Assembly: GCA_963707215.1 (NCBI GenBank)
Contig: CAVPPB010000001.1
Span: forward strand, 352,001-416,000
Reading direction: 5' to 3'
From: an uncultured Chloroflexia bacterium
GTDB taxonomy: Bacteria; Chloroflexota; Limnocylindria; Limnocylindrales; CSP1-4
Length of the DNA stretch: 64,000 nucleotides
Positions 63,154-64,000 of the stretch are shown here, in pieces; the first letter of the stretch is position 1; every line of letters starts with the position of its first letter. The notes under the pieces are model-generated. The model was not told where the DNA came from and searched no databases. It worked only from the letters and a program-made list of their open reading frames with translations. The position numbers and the translations under genes are program-made.

Positions 63154-63690
63154 CGGCTGCCGACAAGCCGGCCAGGCAACGGACCATCCGCGACCTCATC
63201 GCCCGACGCCCGATCGGCAGCCAGGCGGCCCTGGCGGACGCGCTCGCCGAGCGCGGCTTCGCCGCCACCCAGGCCACGGTCAGCCGCGACATCGCCGAGC
63301 TCGGACTGGTCAAGGTGCCCCGTACGGCCGGACCGGTCTACGTGGCTCCCGAGGACCTCGCTGCCACCCGCTCGGAGCGCCTCGGACGAGCGCCTCCGAC
63401 GGATCCTTTCCGACGTCCCGGTGACGGTCGGACGGAGCGGCCTGATCCTCGTCCTGACCGGCTCGGCAGGGACCGCGAGCGTCGTCGCCCAGGCGATCGA
63501 CGAGTCGACCCTGACCGACCAGGTCGGCACGCTGGCCGGCGACAACACCGTCCTCGTCCTCTTCGCGGACGAGGCCCACCTCGAGCGCTGGCTCGAGCAC
63601 TTCGAGACCCTGCGGGACGGCCTCGAGGCCGTCCCGACCCCCGCCCCCGTCGGTGACGAGGGCCGCACCATGGAGGCACCCCGATCATGA
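63150..63690 (+). CDS. argR: Arginine repressor, frameshift near 63380
   Basis: SQ..L, TQATVSRDIAELGLVK and GTLAGDNTV. Confidence 0.9.
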
Positions 63691-64000
63691 AGAAGGTCGT
63701 CCTCGCCTACAGCGGCGGCCTCGACACCTCGGTCGCCGTCGCCTGGCTTCGCGAGCAGTACGGGGTCGAGGTCGTGACCCTCACCGTGGACGTCGGCGGC
63801 GGCTCGCTCCGCCCGGGCGTCGAGGACCGGGCCATGTCCGCCGGCGCGTCCAAGGCCTACGTCGTCGATGCCCGCGACCGGTTCGTCACCGACTTCGCCT
63901 GGCCGCACCTCCAGGCCGAGGGTCTGTACCAGGGCGCCTACCCGCTGGCGACCGCCCTGGCCCGGCCGCTCATCGCCCAGCTCCTCGTCGAGGTCGCCCG
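63687..64000 (+). CDS. argG: Argininosuccinate synthase, N-terminal part (runs off window)
   Basis: MKKVVLAYSGGLDTSV..YQGAYPLATALARPLIA. Confidence 0.96.
   Translation, partial: MKKVVLAYSGGLDTSVAVAWLREQYGVEVVTLTVDVGGGSLRPGVEDRAMSAGASKAYVVDARDRFVTDFAWPHLQAEGLYQGAYPLATALARPLIAQLLVEVA

Overview
This is a very GC-rich bacterial chromosomal segment of housekeeping and metabolic genes, with no rRNA, tRNA, CRISPR array, transposase or prophage. Gene content and style (actinobacteria-like families plus an F420 cof cluster, LonC and PPTD-type C-terminal anchors) suggest a high-GC Chloroflexota lineage such as Limnocylindria; this is inference only. The main blocks are: VKOR, a holin-like-ABC1 kinase fusion and lepB; VIT1 divergent from CBS-BON-cydAB, with LonC convergent; DUF3090-SCO1664 followed by an alkyl-DHAP-synthase-like oxidoreductase and an FGGY kinase; a TM0106 nuclease-helicase; an FAD oxidase-amidinotransferase-ArgE cluster; aceE with one in-frame TAG; mtnP divergent from PPOX-cofD-cofC-cofE-LLM; trxB; and argC-argJ-argB-argR-argG behind tandem ARG boxes. 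About 45-50 kb and 56.7-63.4 kb are dense with single-base frameshifts, most likely long-read consensus errors. The most interesting signals are non-coding: DosR/DevR-like boxes around the cytochrome bd module, a pervasive -10/6-nt/start-codon leaderless architecture, two multi-hairpin intergenic RNA candidates, a CsoR-like operator before trxB, and a small Arg/Pro-rich uORF coupled to argC. All annotations are by-eye motif recognition, not database searches.
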